The notes: generated by a model not told the origin, from the letters alone. DNA of 64,000 nt from Nemertoderma westbladi (GCA_032718475.1 JAUCBJ010002937.1:119883-183882); one strand, 5' to 3'; counted from the stretch's first letter, positions 15,001 through 33,000 are shown. Program-made: numbers and translations.

Positions 15001-18000
15001 TTCAATACAATGACATGGGGACCCTTTCTGTGCATATCGGTATTCAATACAATGACATGGGGACCCTTTCTGTCCCGAACATATCGGTATTCAATACAAT
15101 GACATGGGGACCCTTTCTGTCCCGAACATATCGGTATTTAATACAATGACATGGGGACCCTTTCTGTCCCGAACATATCGGTATTTAATACAATGACATG
15201 GGGACCCTTTCTGTGCATATCGGTATTCAATACAATGACATGGGGACCCTTTCTGTGCATATCGGTATTCAATACAATGACATGGGGACCCTTTCTGTCC
15301 CGAACATATCGGTATTTAATACAATGACATGGGGACCCTTTCTGTGCATATCGGTATTCAATACAATGACATGGGGACCCTTTCTGTGCATATCGGTATT
15401 CAATACAATGACATGGGGACCCTTTCTGTGCATATCGGTATTCAATACAATGACATGGGGACCCTTTCTGTCCCGAACATATCGGTATTTAATACAATGA
15501 CATGGGGACCCTTTCTGTCCCGAACATATCGGTATTTAATACAATGACATGGGGACCCTTTCTGTGCATATCGGTATTCAATACAATGACATGGGGACCC
15601 TTTCTGTGCATATCGGTATTCAATACAATGACATGGGGACCCTTTCTGTCCCGAACATATCGGTATTTAATACAATGACATGGGGACCCTTTCTGTCCCG
15701 AACATATCGGTATTCAATACAATGACATGGGGACCCTTTCTGTCCCGAACATATCGGTATTTAATACAATGACATGGGGACCCTTTCTGTGCATATCGGT
15801 ATTCAATACAATGACATGGGGACCCTTTCTGTGCATATCGGTATTCAATACAATGACATGGGGACCCTTTCTGTCCCGAACATATCGGTATTTAATACAA
15901 TGACATGGGGACCCTTTCTGTGCATATCGGTATTCAATACAATGACATGGGGACCCTTTCTGTCCCGAACATATCGGTATTTAATACAATGACATGGGGA
16001 CCCTTTCTGTCCCGAACATATCGGTATTCAATACAATGACATGGGGACCCTTTCTGTCCCGAACATATCGGTATTCAATACAATGACATGGGGACCCTTT
16101 CTGTCCCGAACATATCGGTATTCAATACAATGACATGGGGACCCTTTCTGTCCCGAACATATCGGTATTCAATACAATGACATGGGGACCCTTTCTGTCC
16201 CGAACATATCGGTATTTAATACAATGACATGGGGACCCTTTCTGTCCCGAACATATCGGTATTTAATACAATGACATGGGGACCCTTTCTGTCCCGAACA
16301 TATCGGTATTTAATACAATGACATGGGGACCCTTTCTGTCCCGAACATATCGGTATTCAATACAATGACATGGGGACCCTTTCTGTCCCGAACATATCGG
16401 TATTTAATACAATGACATGGGGACCCTTTCTGTGCATATCGGTATTCAATACAATGACATGGGGACCCTTTCTGTGCATATCGGTATTCAATACAATGAC
16501 ATGGGGACCCTTTCTGTCCCGAACATATCGGTATTTAATACAATGACATGGGGACCCTTTCTGTGCATATCGGTATTCAATACAATGACATGGGGACCCT
16601 TTCTGTCCCGAACATATCGGTATTCAATACAATGACATGGGGACCCTTTCTGTCCGACATATCGGTATTCAATACAATGACATGGGGACCCTTTCTGTCC
16701 CGAACATATCGGTATTCAATACAATGACATGGGGACCCTTTCTGTCCCGAACATATCGGTATTTAATACAATGACATGGGGACCCTTTCTGTGCATATCG
16801 GTATTCAATACAATGACATGGGGACCCTTTCTGTGACATATCGGTATTCAATACAATGACATGGGGACCCTTTCTGTCCCGAACATATCGGTATTTAATA
16901 CAATGACATGGGGACCCTTTCTGTCCCGAACATATCGGTATTCAATACAATGACATGGGGACCCTTTCTGTCCCGAACATATCGGTATTCAATACAATGA
17001 CATGGGGACCCTTTCTGTCCCGAACATATCGGTATTCAATACAATGACATGGGGACCCTTTCTGTCCCGAACATATCGGTATTTAATACAATGACATGGG
17101 GACCCTTTCTGTGCATATCGGTATTCAATACAATGACATGGGGACCCTTTCTGTGCATATCGGTATTCAATACAATGACATGGGGACCCTTTCTGTCCCG
17201 AACATATCGGTATTTAATACAATGACATGGGGACCCTTTCTGTGCATATCGGTATTTAATACAATGACATGGGGACCCTTTCTGTCCCGAACATATCGGT
17301 ATTCAATACAATGACATGGGGACCCTTTCTGTCCCGAACATATCGGTATTTAATACAATGACATGGGGACCCTTTCTGTGCATATCGGTATTCAATACAA
17401 TGACATGGGGACCCTTTCTGTGCATATCGGTATTCAATACAATGACATGGGGACCCTTTCTGTCCCGAACATATCGGTATTTAATACAATGACATGGGGA
17501 CCCTTTCTGTGCATATCGGTATTCAATACAATGACATGGGGACCCTTTCTGTCGACATATCGGTATTCAATACAATGACATGGGGACCCTTTCTGTCCCG
17601 AACATATCGGTATTTAATACAATGACATGGGGACCCTTTCTGTCCCGAACATATCGGTATTCAATACAATGACATGGGGACCCTTTCTGTCCCGAACATA
17701 TCGGTATTTAATACAATGACATGGGGACCCTTTCTGTCCCGAACATATCGGTATTTAATACAATGACATGGGGACCCTTTCTGTCCCGAACATATCGGTA
17801 TTCAATACAATGACATGGGGACCCTTTCTGTCCCGAACATATCGGTATTTAATACAATGACATGGGGACCCTTTCTGTGAATATCGGTATTCAATACAAT
17901 GACATGGGGACCCTTTCTGTCCCGAACATATCGGTATTCAATACAATGACATGGGGACCCTTTCTGTCCCGAACATATCGGTATTCAATACAATGACATG

Positions 18001-21000
18001 GGGACCCTTTCTGTGCATATCGGTATTTAATACAATGACATGGGGACCCTTTCTGTGCATATCGGTATTTAATACAATGACATGGGGACCCTTTCTGTCC
18101 CGAACATATCGGTATTCAATACAATGACATGGGGACCCTTTCTGTCCCGAACATATCGGTATTTAATACAATGACATGGGGACCCTTTCTGTGACATATC
18201 GGTATTCAATACAATGACATGGGGACCCTTTCTGTCCCGAACATATCGGTATTCAATACAATGACATGGGGACCCTTTCTGTCCCGAACATATCGGTATT
18301 TAATACAATGACATGGGGACCCTTTCTGTGCATATCGGTATTCAATACAATGACATGGGGACCCTTTCTGTGCATATCGGTATTCAATACAATGACATGG
18401 GGACCCTTTCTGTCCGCATATCGGTATTCAATACAATGACATGGGGACCCTTTCTGTGCATATCGGTATTCAATACAATGACATGGGGACCCTTTCTGTG
18501 CATATCGGTATTCAATACAATGACATGGGGACCCTTTCTGTGCATATCGGTATTCAATACAATGACATGGGGACCCTTTCTGTCCCGAACATATCGGTAT
18601 TCAATACAATGACATGGGGACCCTTTCTGTCCCGAACATATCGGTATTCAATACAATGACATGGGGACCCTTTCTGTCCCGAACATATCGGTATTTAATA
18701 CAATGACATGGGGACCCTTTCTGTCCCGAACATATCGGTATTTAATACAATGACATGGGGACCCTTTCTGTCCCGAACATATCGGTATTCAATACAATGA
18801 CATGGGGACCCTTTCTGTCCCGAACATATCGGTATTTAATACAATGACATGGGGACCCTTTCTGTGACATATCGGTATTCAATACAATGACATGGGGACC
18901 CTTTCTGTCCCGAACATATCGGTATTCAATACAATGACATGGGGACCCTTTCTGTCCCGAACATATCGGTATTTAATACAATGACATGGGGACCCTTTCT
19001 GTCCCGAACATATCGGTATTTAATACAATGACATGGGGACCCTTTCTGTCCCAACATATCGGTATTCAATACAATGACATGGGGACCCTTTCTGTCCCGA
19101 ACATATCGGTATTTAATACAATGACATGGGGACCCTTTCTGTGAATATCGGTATTCAATACAATGACATGGGGACCCTTTCTGTCCCGAACATATCGGTA
19201 TTCAATACAATGACATGGGGACCCTTTCTGTCCCGAACATATCGGTATTCAATACAATGACATGGGGACCCTTTCTGTGCATATCGGTATTTAATACAAT
19301 GACATGGGGACCCTTTCTGTGCATATCGGTATTTAATACAATGACATGGGGACCCTTTCTGTCCCGAACATATCGGTATTCAATACAATGACATGGGGAC
19401 CCTTTCTGTCCCGAACATATCGGTATTTAATACAATGACATGGGGACCCTTTCTGTGACATATCGGTATTCAATACAATGACATGGGGACCCTTTCTGTC
19501 CCGAACATATCGGTATTTAATACAATGACATGGGGACCCTTTCTGTCCCGAACATATCGGTATTTAATACAATGACATGGGGACCCTTTCTGTGACATAT
19601 CGGTATTCAATACAATGACATGGGGACCCTTTCTGTCCCGAACATATCGGTATTTAATACAATGACATGGGGACCCTTTCTGTCCCGAACATATCGGTAT
19701 TTAATACAATGACATGGGGACCCTTTCTGTCCCGAACATATCGGTATTTAATACAATGACATGGGGACCCTTTCTGTGCATATCGGTATTCAATACAATG
19801 ACATGGGGACCCTTTCTGTCCCGAACATATCGGTATTTAATACAATGACATGGGGACCCTTTCTGTACATATCGGTATTCAATACAATGACATGGGGACC
19901 CTTTCTGTCCCGAACATATCGGTATTCAATACAATGACATGGGGACCCTTTCTGTGAATATCGGTATTCAATACAATGACATGGGGACCCTTTCTGTCCC
20001 GAACATATCGGTATTTAATACAATGACATGGGGACCCTTTCTGTCCCGAACATATCGGTATTCAATACAATGACATGGGGACCCTTTCTGTGCATATCGG
20101 TATTTAATACAATGACATGGGGACCCTTTCTGTCCCGAACATATCGGTATTTAATACAATGACATGGGGACCCTTTCTGTCCCGAACATATCGGTATTCA
20201 ATACAATGACATGGGGACCCTTTCTGTCCCGAACATATCGGTATTTAATACAATGACATGGGGACCCTTTCTGTCCCGAACATATCGGTATTTAATACAA
20301 TGACATGGGGACCCTTTCTGTGAATATCGGTATTCAATACAATGACATGGGGACCCTTTCTGTCCCGAACATATCGGTATTTAATACAATGACATGGGGA
20401 CCCTTTCTGTCCCGAACATATCGGTATTTAATACAATGACATGGGGACCCTTTCTGTCCCAACATATCGGTATTTAATACAATGACATGGGGACCCTTTC
20501 TGTGCATATCGGTATTCAATACAATGACATGGGGACCCTTTCTGTCCCGAACATATCGGTATTTAATACAATGACATGGGGACCCTTTCTGTGCATATCG
20601 GTATTCAATACAATGACATGGGGACCCTTTCTGTCCCGAACATATCGGTATTTAATACAATGACATGGGGACCCTTTCTGTACATATCGGTATTCAATAC
20701 AATGACATGGGGACCCTTTCTGTCCCGAACATATCGGTATTCAATACAATGACATGGGGACCCTTTCTGTCCCGAACATATCGGTATTTAATACAATGAC
20801 ATGGGGACCCTTTCTGTACATATCGGTATTCAATACAATGACATGGGGACCCTTTCTGTCCCGAACATATCGGTATTTAATACAATGACATGGGGACCCT
20901 TTCTGTACATATCGGTATTCAATACAATGACATGGGGACCCTTTCTGTCCCGAACATATCGGTATTCAATACAATGACATGGGGACCCTTTCTGTCCCGA

Positions 21001-24000
21001 ACATATCGGTATTCAATACAATGACATGGGGACCCTTTCTGTCCCGAACATATCGGTATTTAATACAATGACATGGGGACCCTTTCTGTGCATATCGGTA
21101 TTCAATACAATGACATGGGGACCCTTTCTGTCCCGAACATATCGGTATTTAATACAATGACATGGGGACCCTTTCTGTACATATCGGTATTCAATACAAT
21201 GACATGGGGACCCTTTCTGTCCCGAACATATCGGTATTCAATACAATGACATGGGGACCCTTTCTGTGCATATCGGTATTCAATACAATGACATGGGGAC
21301 CCTTTCTGTGCATATCGGTATTCAATACAATGACATGGGGACCCTTTCTGTGAATATCGGTATTCAATACAATGACATGGGGACCCTTTCTGTCCCGAAC
21401 ATATCGGTATTCAATACAATGACATGGGGACCCTTTCTGTACATATCGGTATTCAATACAATGACATGGGGACCCTTTCTGTGCATATCGGTATTCAATA
21501 CAATGACATGGGGACCCTTTCTGTGAATATCGGTATTCAATACAATGACATGGGGACCCTTTCTGTCCCGAACATATCGGTATTCAATACAATGACATGG
21601 GGACCCTTTCTGTCCCGAACATATCGGTATTTAATACAATGACATGGGGACCCTTTCTGTGCATATCGGTATTTAATACAATGACATGGGGACCCTTTCT
21701 GTCCCGAACATATCGGTATTTAATACAATGACATGGGGACCCTTTCTGTGCATATCGGTATTTAATACAATGACATGGGGACCCTTTCTGTCCCGAACAT
21801 ATCGGTATTTAATACAATGACATGGGGACCCTTTCTGTCCCGAACATATCGGTATTTAATACAATGACATGGGGACCCTTTCTGTGAATATCGGTATTCA
21901 ATACAATGACATGGGGACCCTTTCTGTCCCGAACATATCGGTATTTAATACAATGACATGGGGACCCTTTCTGTGAATATCGGTATTCAATACAATGACA
22001 TGGGGACCCTTTCTGTCCCGAACATATCGGTATTTAATACAATGACATGGGGACCCTTTCTGTCCCGAACATATCGGTATTTAATACAATGACATGGGGA
22101 CCCTTTCTGTGCATATCGGTATTTAATACAATGACATGGGGACCCTTTCTGTCCCGAACATATCGGTATTTAATACAATGACATGGGGACCCTTTCTGTC
22201 CCGAACATATCGGTATTTAATACAATGACATGGGGACCCTTTCTGTGAATATCGGTATTCAATACAATGACATGGGGACCCTTTCTGTCCCAAACATATC
22301 GGTATTCAATACAATGACATGGGGACCCTTTCTGTCCCGAACATATCGGTATTTAATACAATGACATGGGGACCCTTTCTGTGACATATCGGTATTCAAT
22401 ACAATGACATGGGGACCCTTTCTGTCCCGAACATATCGGTATTCAATACAATGACATGGGGACCCTTTCTGTCCCGAACATATCGGTATTTAATACAATG
22501 ACATGGGGACCCTTTCTGTGCATATCGGTATTCAATACAATGACATGGGGACCCTTTCTGTCCCGAACATATCGGTATTCAATACAATGACATGGGGACC
22601 CTTTCTGTCCCGAACATATCGGTATTTAATACAATGACATGGGGACCCTTTCTGTGAATATCGGTATTCAATACAATGACATGGGGACCCTTTCTGTACA
22701 TATCGGTATTCAATACAATGACATGGGGACCCTTTCTGTCCCGAACATATCGGTATTTAATACAATGACATGGGGACCCTTTCTGTGAATATCGGTATTC
22801 AATACAATGACATGGGGACCCTTTCTGTCCCAAACATATCGGTATTCAATACAATGACATGGGGACCCTTTCTGTCCCGAACATATCGGTATTTAATACA
22901 ATGACATGGGGACCCTTTCTGTGAATATCGGTATTCAATACAATGACATGGGGACCCTTTCTGTCCCGAACATATCGGTATTCAATACAATGACATGGGG
23001 ACCCTTTCTGTCCCGAACATATCGGTATTTAATACAATGACATGGGGACCCTTTCTGTGCATATCGGTATTCAATACAATGACATGGGGACCCTTTCTGT
23101 CCCGAACATATCGGTATTTAATACAATGACATGGGGACCCTTTCTGTCCCGAACATATCGGTATTCAATACAATGACATGGGGACCCTTTCTGTCCCGAA
23201 CATATCGGTATTTAATACAATGACATGGGGACCCTTTCTGTCCCGAACATATCGGTATTTAATACAATGACATGGGGACCCTTTCTGTCCCGAACATATC
23301 GGTATTTAATACAATGACATGGGGACCCTTTCTGTCCCGAACATATCGGTATTTAATACAATGACATGGGGACCCTTTCTGTGCATATCGGTATTCAATA
23401 CAATGACATGGGGACCCTTTCTGTCCCGAACATATCGGTATTTAATACAATGACATGGGGACCCTTTCTGTGCATATCGGTATTTAATACAATGACATGG
23501 GGACCCTTTCTGTCCCGAACATATCGGTATTCAATACAATGACATGGGGACCCTTTCTGTCCCGAACATATCGGTATTTAATACAATGACATGGGGACCC
23601 TTTCTGTGAATATCGGTATTCAATACAATGACATGGGGACCCTTTCTGTCCCGAACATATCGGTATTCAATACAATGACATGGGGACCCTTTCTGTCCCG
23701 AACATATCGGTATTTAATACAATGACATGGGGACCCTTTCTGTCCCGAACATATCGGTATTTAATACAATGACATGGGGACCCTTTCTGTCCCGAACATA
23801 TCGGTATTTAATACAATGACATGGGGACCCTTTCTGTCCCGAACATATCGGTATTTAATACAATGACATGGGGACCCTTTCTGTCCCGAACATATCGGTA
23901 TTCAATACAATGACATGGGGACCCTTTCTGTCCCGAACATATCGGTATTCAATACAATGACATGGGGACCCTTTCTGTCCCGAACATATCGGTATTTAAT

Positions 24001-27000
24001 ACAATGACATGGGGACCCTTTCTGTCCCAAACATATCGGTATTTAATACAATGACATGGGGACCCTTTCTGTGCATATCGGTATTCAATACAATGACATG
24101 GGGACCCTTTCTGTCCCGAACATATCGGTATTTAATACAATGACATGGGGACCCTTTCTGTACATATCGGTATTCAATACAATGACATGGGGACCCTTTC
24201 TGTCCCGAACATATCGGTATTCAATACAATGACATGGGGACCCTTTCTGTGAATATCGGTATTCAATACAATGACATGGGGACCCTTTCTGTCCCGAACA
24301 TATCGGTATTTAATACAATGACATGGGGACCCTTTCTGTCCCGAACATATCGGTATTTAATACAATGACATGGGGACCCTTTCTGTGCATATCGGTATTC
24401 AATACAATGACATGGGGACCCTTTCTGTCCCGAACATATCGGTATTTAATACAATGACATGGGGACCCTTTCTGTCCCGAACATATCGGTATTCAATACA
24501 ATGACATGGGGACCCTTTCTGTCCCGAACATATCGGTATTCAATACAATGACATGGGGACCCTTTCTGTCCCGAACATATCGGTATTTAATACAATGACA
24601 TGGGGACCCTTTCTGTGCATATCGGTATTTAATACAATGACATGGGGACCCTTTCTGTCCCGAACATATCGGTATTTAATACAATGACATGGGGACCCTT
24701 TCTGTCCCGAACATATCGGTATTTAATACAATGACATGGGGACCCTTTCTGTGCATATCGGTATTTAATACAATGACATGGGGACCCTTTCTGTCCCGAA
24801 CATATCGGTATTCAATACAATGACATGGGGACCCTTTCTGTCCCGAACATATCGGTATTTAATACAATGACATGGGGACCCTTTCTGTACATATCGGTAT
24901 TCAATACAATGACATGGGGACCCTTTCTGTGACATATCGGTATTCAATACAATGACATGGGGACCCTTTCTGTCCCGAACATATCGGTATTTAATACAAT
25001 GACATGGGGACCCTTTCTGTACATATCGGTATTCAATACAATGACATGGGGACCCTTTCTGTACATATCGGTATTCAATACAATGACATGGGGACCCTTT
25101 CTGTACATATCGGTATTCAATACAATGACATGGGGACCCTTTCTGTCCCGAACATATCGGTATTTAATACAATGACATGGGGACCCTTTCTGTACATATC
25201 GGTATTCAATACAATGACATGGGGACCCTTTCTGTCCCGAACATATCGGTATTTAATACAATGACATGGGGACCCTTTCTGTGACATATCGGTATTCAAT
25301 ACAATGACATGGGGACCCTTTCTGTCCCGAACATATCGGTATTTAATACAATGACATGGGGACCCTTTCTGTCCCGAACATATCGGTATTTAATACAATG
25401 ACATGGGGACCCTTTCTGTCCCGAACATATCGGTATTTAATACAATGACATGGGGACCCTTTCTGTACATATCGGTATTCAATACAATGACATGGGGACC
25501 CTTTCTGTGCATATCGGTATTCAATACAATGACATGGGGACCCTTTCTGTACATATCGGTATTCAATACAATGACATGGGGACCCTTTCTGTCCCGAACA
25601 TATCGGTATTTAATACAATGACATGGGGACCCTTTCTGTACATATCGGTATTCAATACAATGACATGGGGACCCTTTCTGTGACATATCGGTATTCAATA
25701 CAATGACATGGGGACCCTTTCTGTCCCGAACATATCGGTATTTAATACAATGACATGGGGACCCTTTCTGTACATATCGGTATTCAATACAATGACATGG
25801 GGACCCTTTCTGTCCCGAACATATCGGTATTCAATACAATGACATGGGGACCCTTTCTGTACATATCGGTATTCAATACAATGACATGGGGACCCTTTCT
25901 GTGCATATCGGTATTCAATACAATGACATGGGGACCCTTTCTGTGCATATCGGTATTCAATACAATGACATGGGGACCCTTTCTGTCCCGAACATATCGG
26001 TATTTAATACAATGACATGGGGACCCTTTCTGTGACATATCGGTATTCAATACAATGACATGGGGACCCTTTCTGTCCCGAACATATCGGTATTTAATAC
26101 AATGACATGGGGACCCTTTCTGTGACATATCGGTATTCAATACAATGACATGGGGACCCTTTCTGTCCCGAACATATCGGTATTTAATACAATGACATGG
26201 GGACCCTTTCTGTGACATATCGGTATTCAATACAATGACATGGGGACCCTTTCTGTCCCGAACATATCGGTATTCAATACAATGACATGGGGACCCTTTC
26301 TGTCCCGAACATATCGGTATTCAATACAATGACATGGGGACCCTTTCTGTGAATATCGGTATTCAATACAATGACATGGGGACCCTTTCTGTCCCGAACA
26401 TATCGGTATTTAATACAATGACATGGGGACCCTTTCTGTCCCGAACATATCGGTATTTAATACAATGACATGGGGACCCTTTCTGTGCATATCGGTATTC
26501 AATACAATGACATGGGGACCCTTTCTGTCCCGAACATATCGGTATTTAATACAATGACATGGGGACCCTTTCTGTCCCGAACATATCGGTATTCAATACA
26601 ATGACATGGGGACCCTTTCTGTGCATATCGGTATTCAATACAATGACATGGGGACCCTTTCTGTCCCGAACATATCGGTATTCAATACAATGACATGGGG
26701 ACCCTTTCTGTCCCGAACATATCGGTATTCAATACAATGACATGGGGACCCTTTCTGTCCCGAACATATCGGTATTTAATACAATGACATGGGGACCCTT
26801 TCTGTGCATATCGGTATTTAATACAATGACATGGGGACCCTTTCTGTCCCGAACATATCGGTATTTAATACAATGACATGGGGACCCTTTCTGTCCCGAA
26901 CATATCGGTATTTAATACAATGACATGGGGACCCTTTCTGTGCATATCGGTATTTAATACAATGACATGGGGACCCTTTCTGTCCCGAACATATCGGTAT

Positions 27001-30000
27001 TTAATACAATGACATGGGGACCCTTTCTGTCCCGAACATATCGGTATTTAATACAATGACATGGGGACCCTTTCTGTGCATATCGGTATTCAATACAATG
27101 ACATGGGGACCCTTTCTGTCCCGAACATATCGGTATTCAATACAATGACATGGGGACCCTTTCTGTCCCGAACATATCGGTATTCAATACAATGACATGG
27201 GGACCCTTTCTGTCCCGAACATATCGGTATTTAATACAATGACATGGGGACCCTTTCTGTGCATATCGGTATTCAATACAATGACATGGGGACCCTTTCT
27301 GTGCATATCGGTATTTAATACAATGACATGGGGACCCTTTCTGTGCATATCGGTATTTAATACAATGACATGGGGACCCTTTCTGTCCCGAACATATCGG
27401 TATTTAATACAATGACATGGGGACCCTTTCTGTCCCGAACATATCGGTATTTAATACAATGACATGGGGACCCTTTCTGTGCATATCGGTATTTAATACA
27501 ATGACATGGGGACCCTTTCTGTCCCGAACATATCGGTATTCAATACAATGACATGGGGACCCTTTCTGTCCCGAACATATCGGTATTTAATACAATGACA
27601 TGGGGACCCTTTCTGTCCCGAACATATCGGTATTTAATACAATGACATGGGGACCCTTTCTGTCCCGAACATATCGGTATTTAATACAATGACATGGGGA
27701 CCCTTTCTGTGCATATCGGTATTCAATACAATGACATGGGGACCCTTTCTGTCCCGAACATATCGGTATTTAATACAATGACATGGGGACCCTTTCTGTG
27801 CATATCGGTATTCAATACAATGACATGGGGACCCTTTCTGTCCCGAACATATCGGTATTCAATACAATGACATGGGGACCCTTTCTGTGCATATCGGTAT
27901 TCAATACAATGACATGGGGACCCTTTCTGTCCCGAACATATCGGTATTTAATACAATGACATGGGGACCCTTTCTGTGACATATCGGTATTTAATACAAT
28001 GACATGGGGACCCTTTCTGTACATATCGGTATTTAATACAATGACATGGGGACCCTTTCTGTCCCGAACATATCGGTATTTAATACAATGACATGGGGAC
28101 CCTTTCTGTGCATATCGGTATTCAATACAATGACATGGGGACCCTTTCTGTGCATATCGGTATTCAATACAATGACATGGGGACCCTTTCTGTCCCGAAC
28201 ATATCGGTATTCAATACAATGACATGGGGACCCTTTCTGTGCATATCGGTATTCAATACAATGACATGGGGACCCTTTCTGTCCCGAACATATCGGTATT
28301 TAATACAATGACATGGGGACCCTTTCTGTGCATATCGGTATTTAATACAATGACATGGGGACCCTTTCTGTCCCGAACATATCGGTATTCAATACAATGA
28401 CATGGGGACCCTTTCTGTCCCGAACATATCGGTATTTAATACAATGACATGGGGACCCTTTCTGTCCCGAACATATCGGTATTCAATACAATGACATGGG
28501 GACCCTTTCTGTCCCGAACATATCGGTATTCAATACAATGACATGGGGACCCTTTCTGTGCATATCGGTATTCAATACAATGACATGGGGACCCTTTCTG
28601 TGCATATCGGTATTCAATACAATGACATGGGGACCCTTTCTGTCCCGAACATATCGGTATTTAATACAATGACATGGGGACCCTTTCTGTGACATATCGG
28701 TATTCAATACAATGACATGGGGACCCTTTCTGTGCATATCGGTATTCAATACAATGACATGGGGACCCTTTCTGTCCCGAACATATCGGTATTTAATACA
28801 ATGACATGGGGACCCTTTCTGTCCCGAACATATCGGTATTCAATACAATGACATGGGGACCCTTTCTGTCCCGAACATATCGGTATTCAATACAATGACA
28901 TGGGGACCCTTTCTGTCCCGAACATATCGGTATTTAATACAATGACATGGGGACCCTTTCTGTCCCGAACATATCGGTATTCAATACAATGACATGGGGA
29001 CCCTTTCTGTCCCGAACATATCGGTATTTAATACAATGACATGGGGACCCTTTCTGTCCCGAACATATCGGTATTCAATACAATGACATGGGGACCCTTT
29101 CTGTCCCGAACATATCGGTATTTAATACAATGACATGGGGACCCTTTCTGTCCCGAACATATCGGTATTCAATACAATGACATGGGGACCCTTTCTGTCC
29201 CGAACATATCGGTATTCAATACAATGACATGGGGACCCTTTCTGTCCCGAACATATCGGTATTTAATACAATGACATGGGGACCCTTTCTGTCCCGAACA
29301 TATCGGTATTCAATACAATGACATGGGGACCCTTTCTGTCCCGAACATATCGGTATTTAATACAATGACATGGGGACCCTTTCTGTGCATATCGGTATTC
29401 AATACAATGACATGGGGACCCTTTCTGTGCATATCGGTATTCAATACAATGACATGGGGACCCTTTCTGTCCCGAACATATCGGTATTCAATACAATGAC
29501 ATGGGGACCCTTTCTGTGCATATCGGTATTCAATACAATGACATGGGGACCCTTTCTGTGCATATCGGTATTTAATACAATGACATGGGGACCCTTTCTG
29601 TCCCGAACATATCGGTATTTAATACAATGACATGGGGACCCTTTCTGTACATATCGGTATTCAATACAATGACATGGGGACCCTTTCTGTCCCGAACATA
29701 TCGGTATTTAATACAATGACATGGGGACCCTTTCTGTCCCGAACATATCGGTATTCAATACAATGACATGGGGACCCTTTCTGTCCCGAACATATCGGTA
29801 TTTAATACAATGACATGGGGACCCTTTCTGTGCATATCGGTATTCAATACAATGACATGGGGACCCTTTCTGTCCCGAACATATCGGTATTTAATACAAT
29901 GACATGGGGACCCTTTCTGTACATATCGGTATTCAATACAATGACATGGGGACCCTTTCTGTCCCGAACATATCGGTATTTAATACAATGACATGGGGAC

Positions 30001-33000
30001 CCTTTCTGTGACATATCGGTATTCAATACAATGACATGGGGACCCTTTCTGTCCCGAACATATCGGTATTCAATACAATGACATGGGGACCCTTTCTGTC
30101 CCGAACATATCGGTATTCAATACAATGACATGGGGACCCTTTCTGTCCCGAACATATCGGTATTTAATACAATGACATGGGGACCCTTTCTGTGACATAT
30201 CGGTATTCAATACAATGACATGGGGACCCTTTCTGTCCCGAACATATCGGTATTCAATACAATGACATGGGGACCCTTTCTGTCCCGAACATATCGGTAT
30301 TTAATACAATGACATGGGGACCCTTTCTGTCCCGAACATATCGGTATTCAATACAATGACATGGGGACCCTTTCTGTCCCGAACATATCGGTATTCAATA
30401 CAATGACATGGGGACCCTTTCTGTCCCGAACATATCGGTATTCAATACAATGACATGGGGACCCTTTCTGTCCCGAACATATCGGTATTCAATACAATGA
30501 CATGGGGACCCTTTCTGTCCCGAACATATCGGTATTTAATACAATGACATGGGGACCCTTTCTGTCCCGAACATATCGGTATTTAATACAATGACATGGG
30601 GACCCTTTCTGTGCATATCGGTATTCAATACAATGACATGGGGACCCTTTCTGTGCATATCGGTATTCAATACAATGACATGGGGACCCTTTCTGTCCCG
30701 AACATATCGGTATTCAATACAATGACATGGGGACCCTTTCTGTCCCGAACATATCGGTATTCAATACAATGACATGGGGACCCTTTCTGTCCCGAACATA
30801 TCGGTATTCAATACAATGACATGGGGACCCTTTCTGTCCCGAACATATCGGTATTTAATACAATGACATGGGGACCCTTTCTGTGCATATCGGTATTCAA
30901 TACAATGACATGGGGACCCTTTCTGTGCATATCGGTATTCAATACAATGACATGGGGACCCTTTCTGTCCCGAACATATCGGTATTCAATACAATGACAT
31001 GGGGACCCTTTCTGTCCCGAACATATCGGTATTCAATACAATGACATGGGGACCCTTTCTGTCCCGAACATATCGGTATTTAATACAATGACATGGGGAC
31101 CCTTTCTGTACATATCGGTATTCAATACAATGACATGGGGACCCTTTCTGTCCCGAACATATCGGTATTTAATACAATGACATGGGGACCCTTTCTGTCC
31201 CGAACATATCGGTATTTAATACAATGACATGGGGACCCTTTCTGTCCCGAACATATCGGTATTTAATACAATGACATGGGGACCCTTTCTGTCCCGAACA
31301 TATCGGTATTTAATACAATGACATGGGGACCCTTTCTGTGCATATCGGTATTCAATACAATGACATGGGGACCCTTTCTGTACATATCGGTATTCAATAC
31401 AATGACATGGGGACCCTTTCTGTCCCGAACATATCGGTATTTAATACAATGACATGGGGACCCTTTCTGTCCCGAACATATCGGTATTTAATACAATGAC
31501 ATGGGGACCCTTTCTGTGCATATCGGTATTTAATACAATGACATGGGGACCCTTTCTGTCCCGAACATATCGGTATTTAATACAATGACATGGGGACCCT
31601 TTCTGTCCCGAACATATCGGTATTTAATACAATGACATGGGGACCCTTTCTGTCCCGAACATATCGGTATTTAATACAATGACATGGGGACCCTTTCTGT
31701 CCCGAACATATCGGTATTTAATACAATGACATGGGGACCCTTTCTGTACATATCGGTATTCAATACAATGACATGGGGACCCTTTCTGTCCCGAACATAT
31801 CGGTATTTAATACAATGACATGGGGACCCTTTCTGTCCCGAACATATCGGTATTTAATACAATGACATGGGGACCCTTTCTGTCCCGAACATATCGGTAT
31901 TTAATACAATGACATGGGGACCCTTTCTGTCCCGAACATATCGGTATTTAATACAATGACATGGGGACCCTTTCTGTGCATATCGGTATTCAATACAATG
32001 ACATGGGGACCCTTTCTGTGCATATCGGTATTCAATACAATGACATGGGGACCCTTTCTGTACATATCGGTATTCAATACAATGACATGGGGACCCTTTC
32101 TGTCCCGAACATATCGGTATTTAATACAATGACATGGGGACCCTTTCTGTGCATATCGGTATTCAATACAATGACATGGGGACCCTTTCTGTCCCGAACA
32201 TATCGGTATTCAATACAATGACATGGGGACCCTTTCTGTACATATCGGTATTCAATACAATGACATGGGGACCCTTTCTGTACATATCGGTATTCAATAC
32301 AATGACATGGGGACCCTTTCTGTCCCGAACATATCGGTATTTAATACAATGACATGGGGACCCTTTCTGTCCCGAACATATCGGTATTTAATACAATGAC
32401 ATGGGGACCCTTTCTGTACATATCGGTATTCAATACAATGACATGGGGACCCTTTCTGTCCCGAACATATCGGTATTTAATACAATGACATGGGGACCCT
32501 TTCTGTCCCGAACATATCGGTATTTAATACAATGACATGGGGACCCTTTCTGTACATATCGGTATTCAATACAATGACATGGGGACCCTTTCTGTGCATA
32601 TCGGTATTCAATACAATGACATGGGGACCCTTTCTGTCCCGAACATATCGGTATTTAATACAATGACATGGGGACCCTTTCTGTCCCGAACATATCGGTA
32701 TTTAATACAATGACATGGGGACCCTTTCTGTGACATATCGGTATTCAATACAATGACATGGGGACCCTTTCTGTGCATATCGGTATTCAATACAATGACA
32801 TGGGGACCCTTTCTGTCCCGACATATCGGTATTCAATACAATGACATGGGGACCCTTTCTGTGCATATCGGTATTCAATACAATGACATGGGGACCCTTT
32901 CTGTCCCGAACATATCGGTATTCAATACAATGACATGGGGACCCTTTCTGTCCCGAACATATCGGTATTTAATACAATGACATGGGGACCCTTTCTGTAC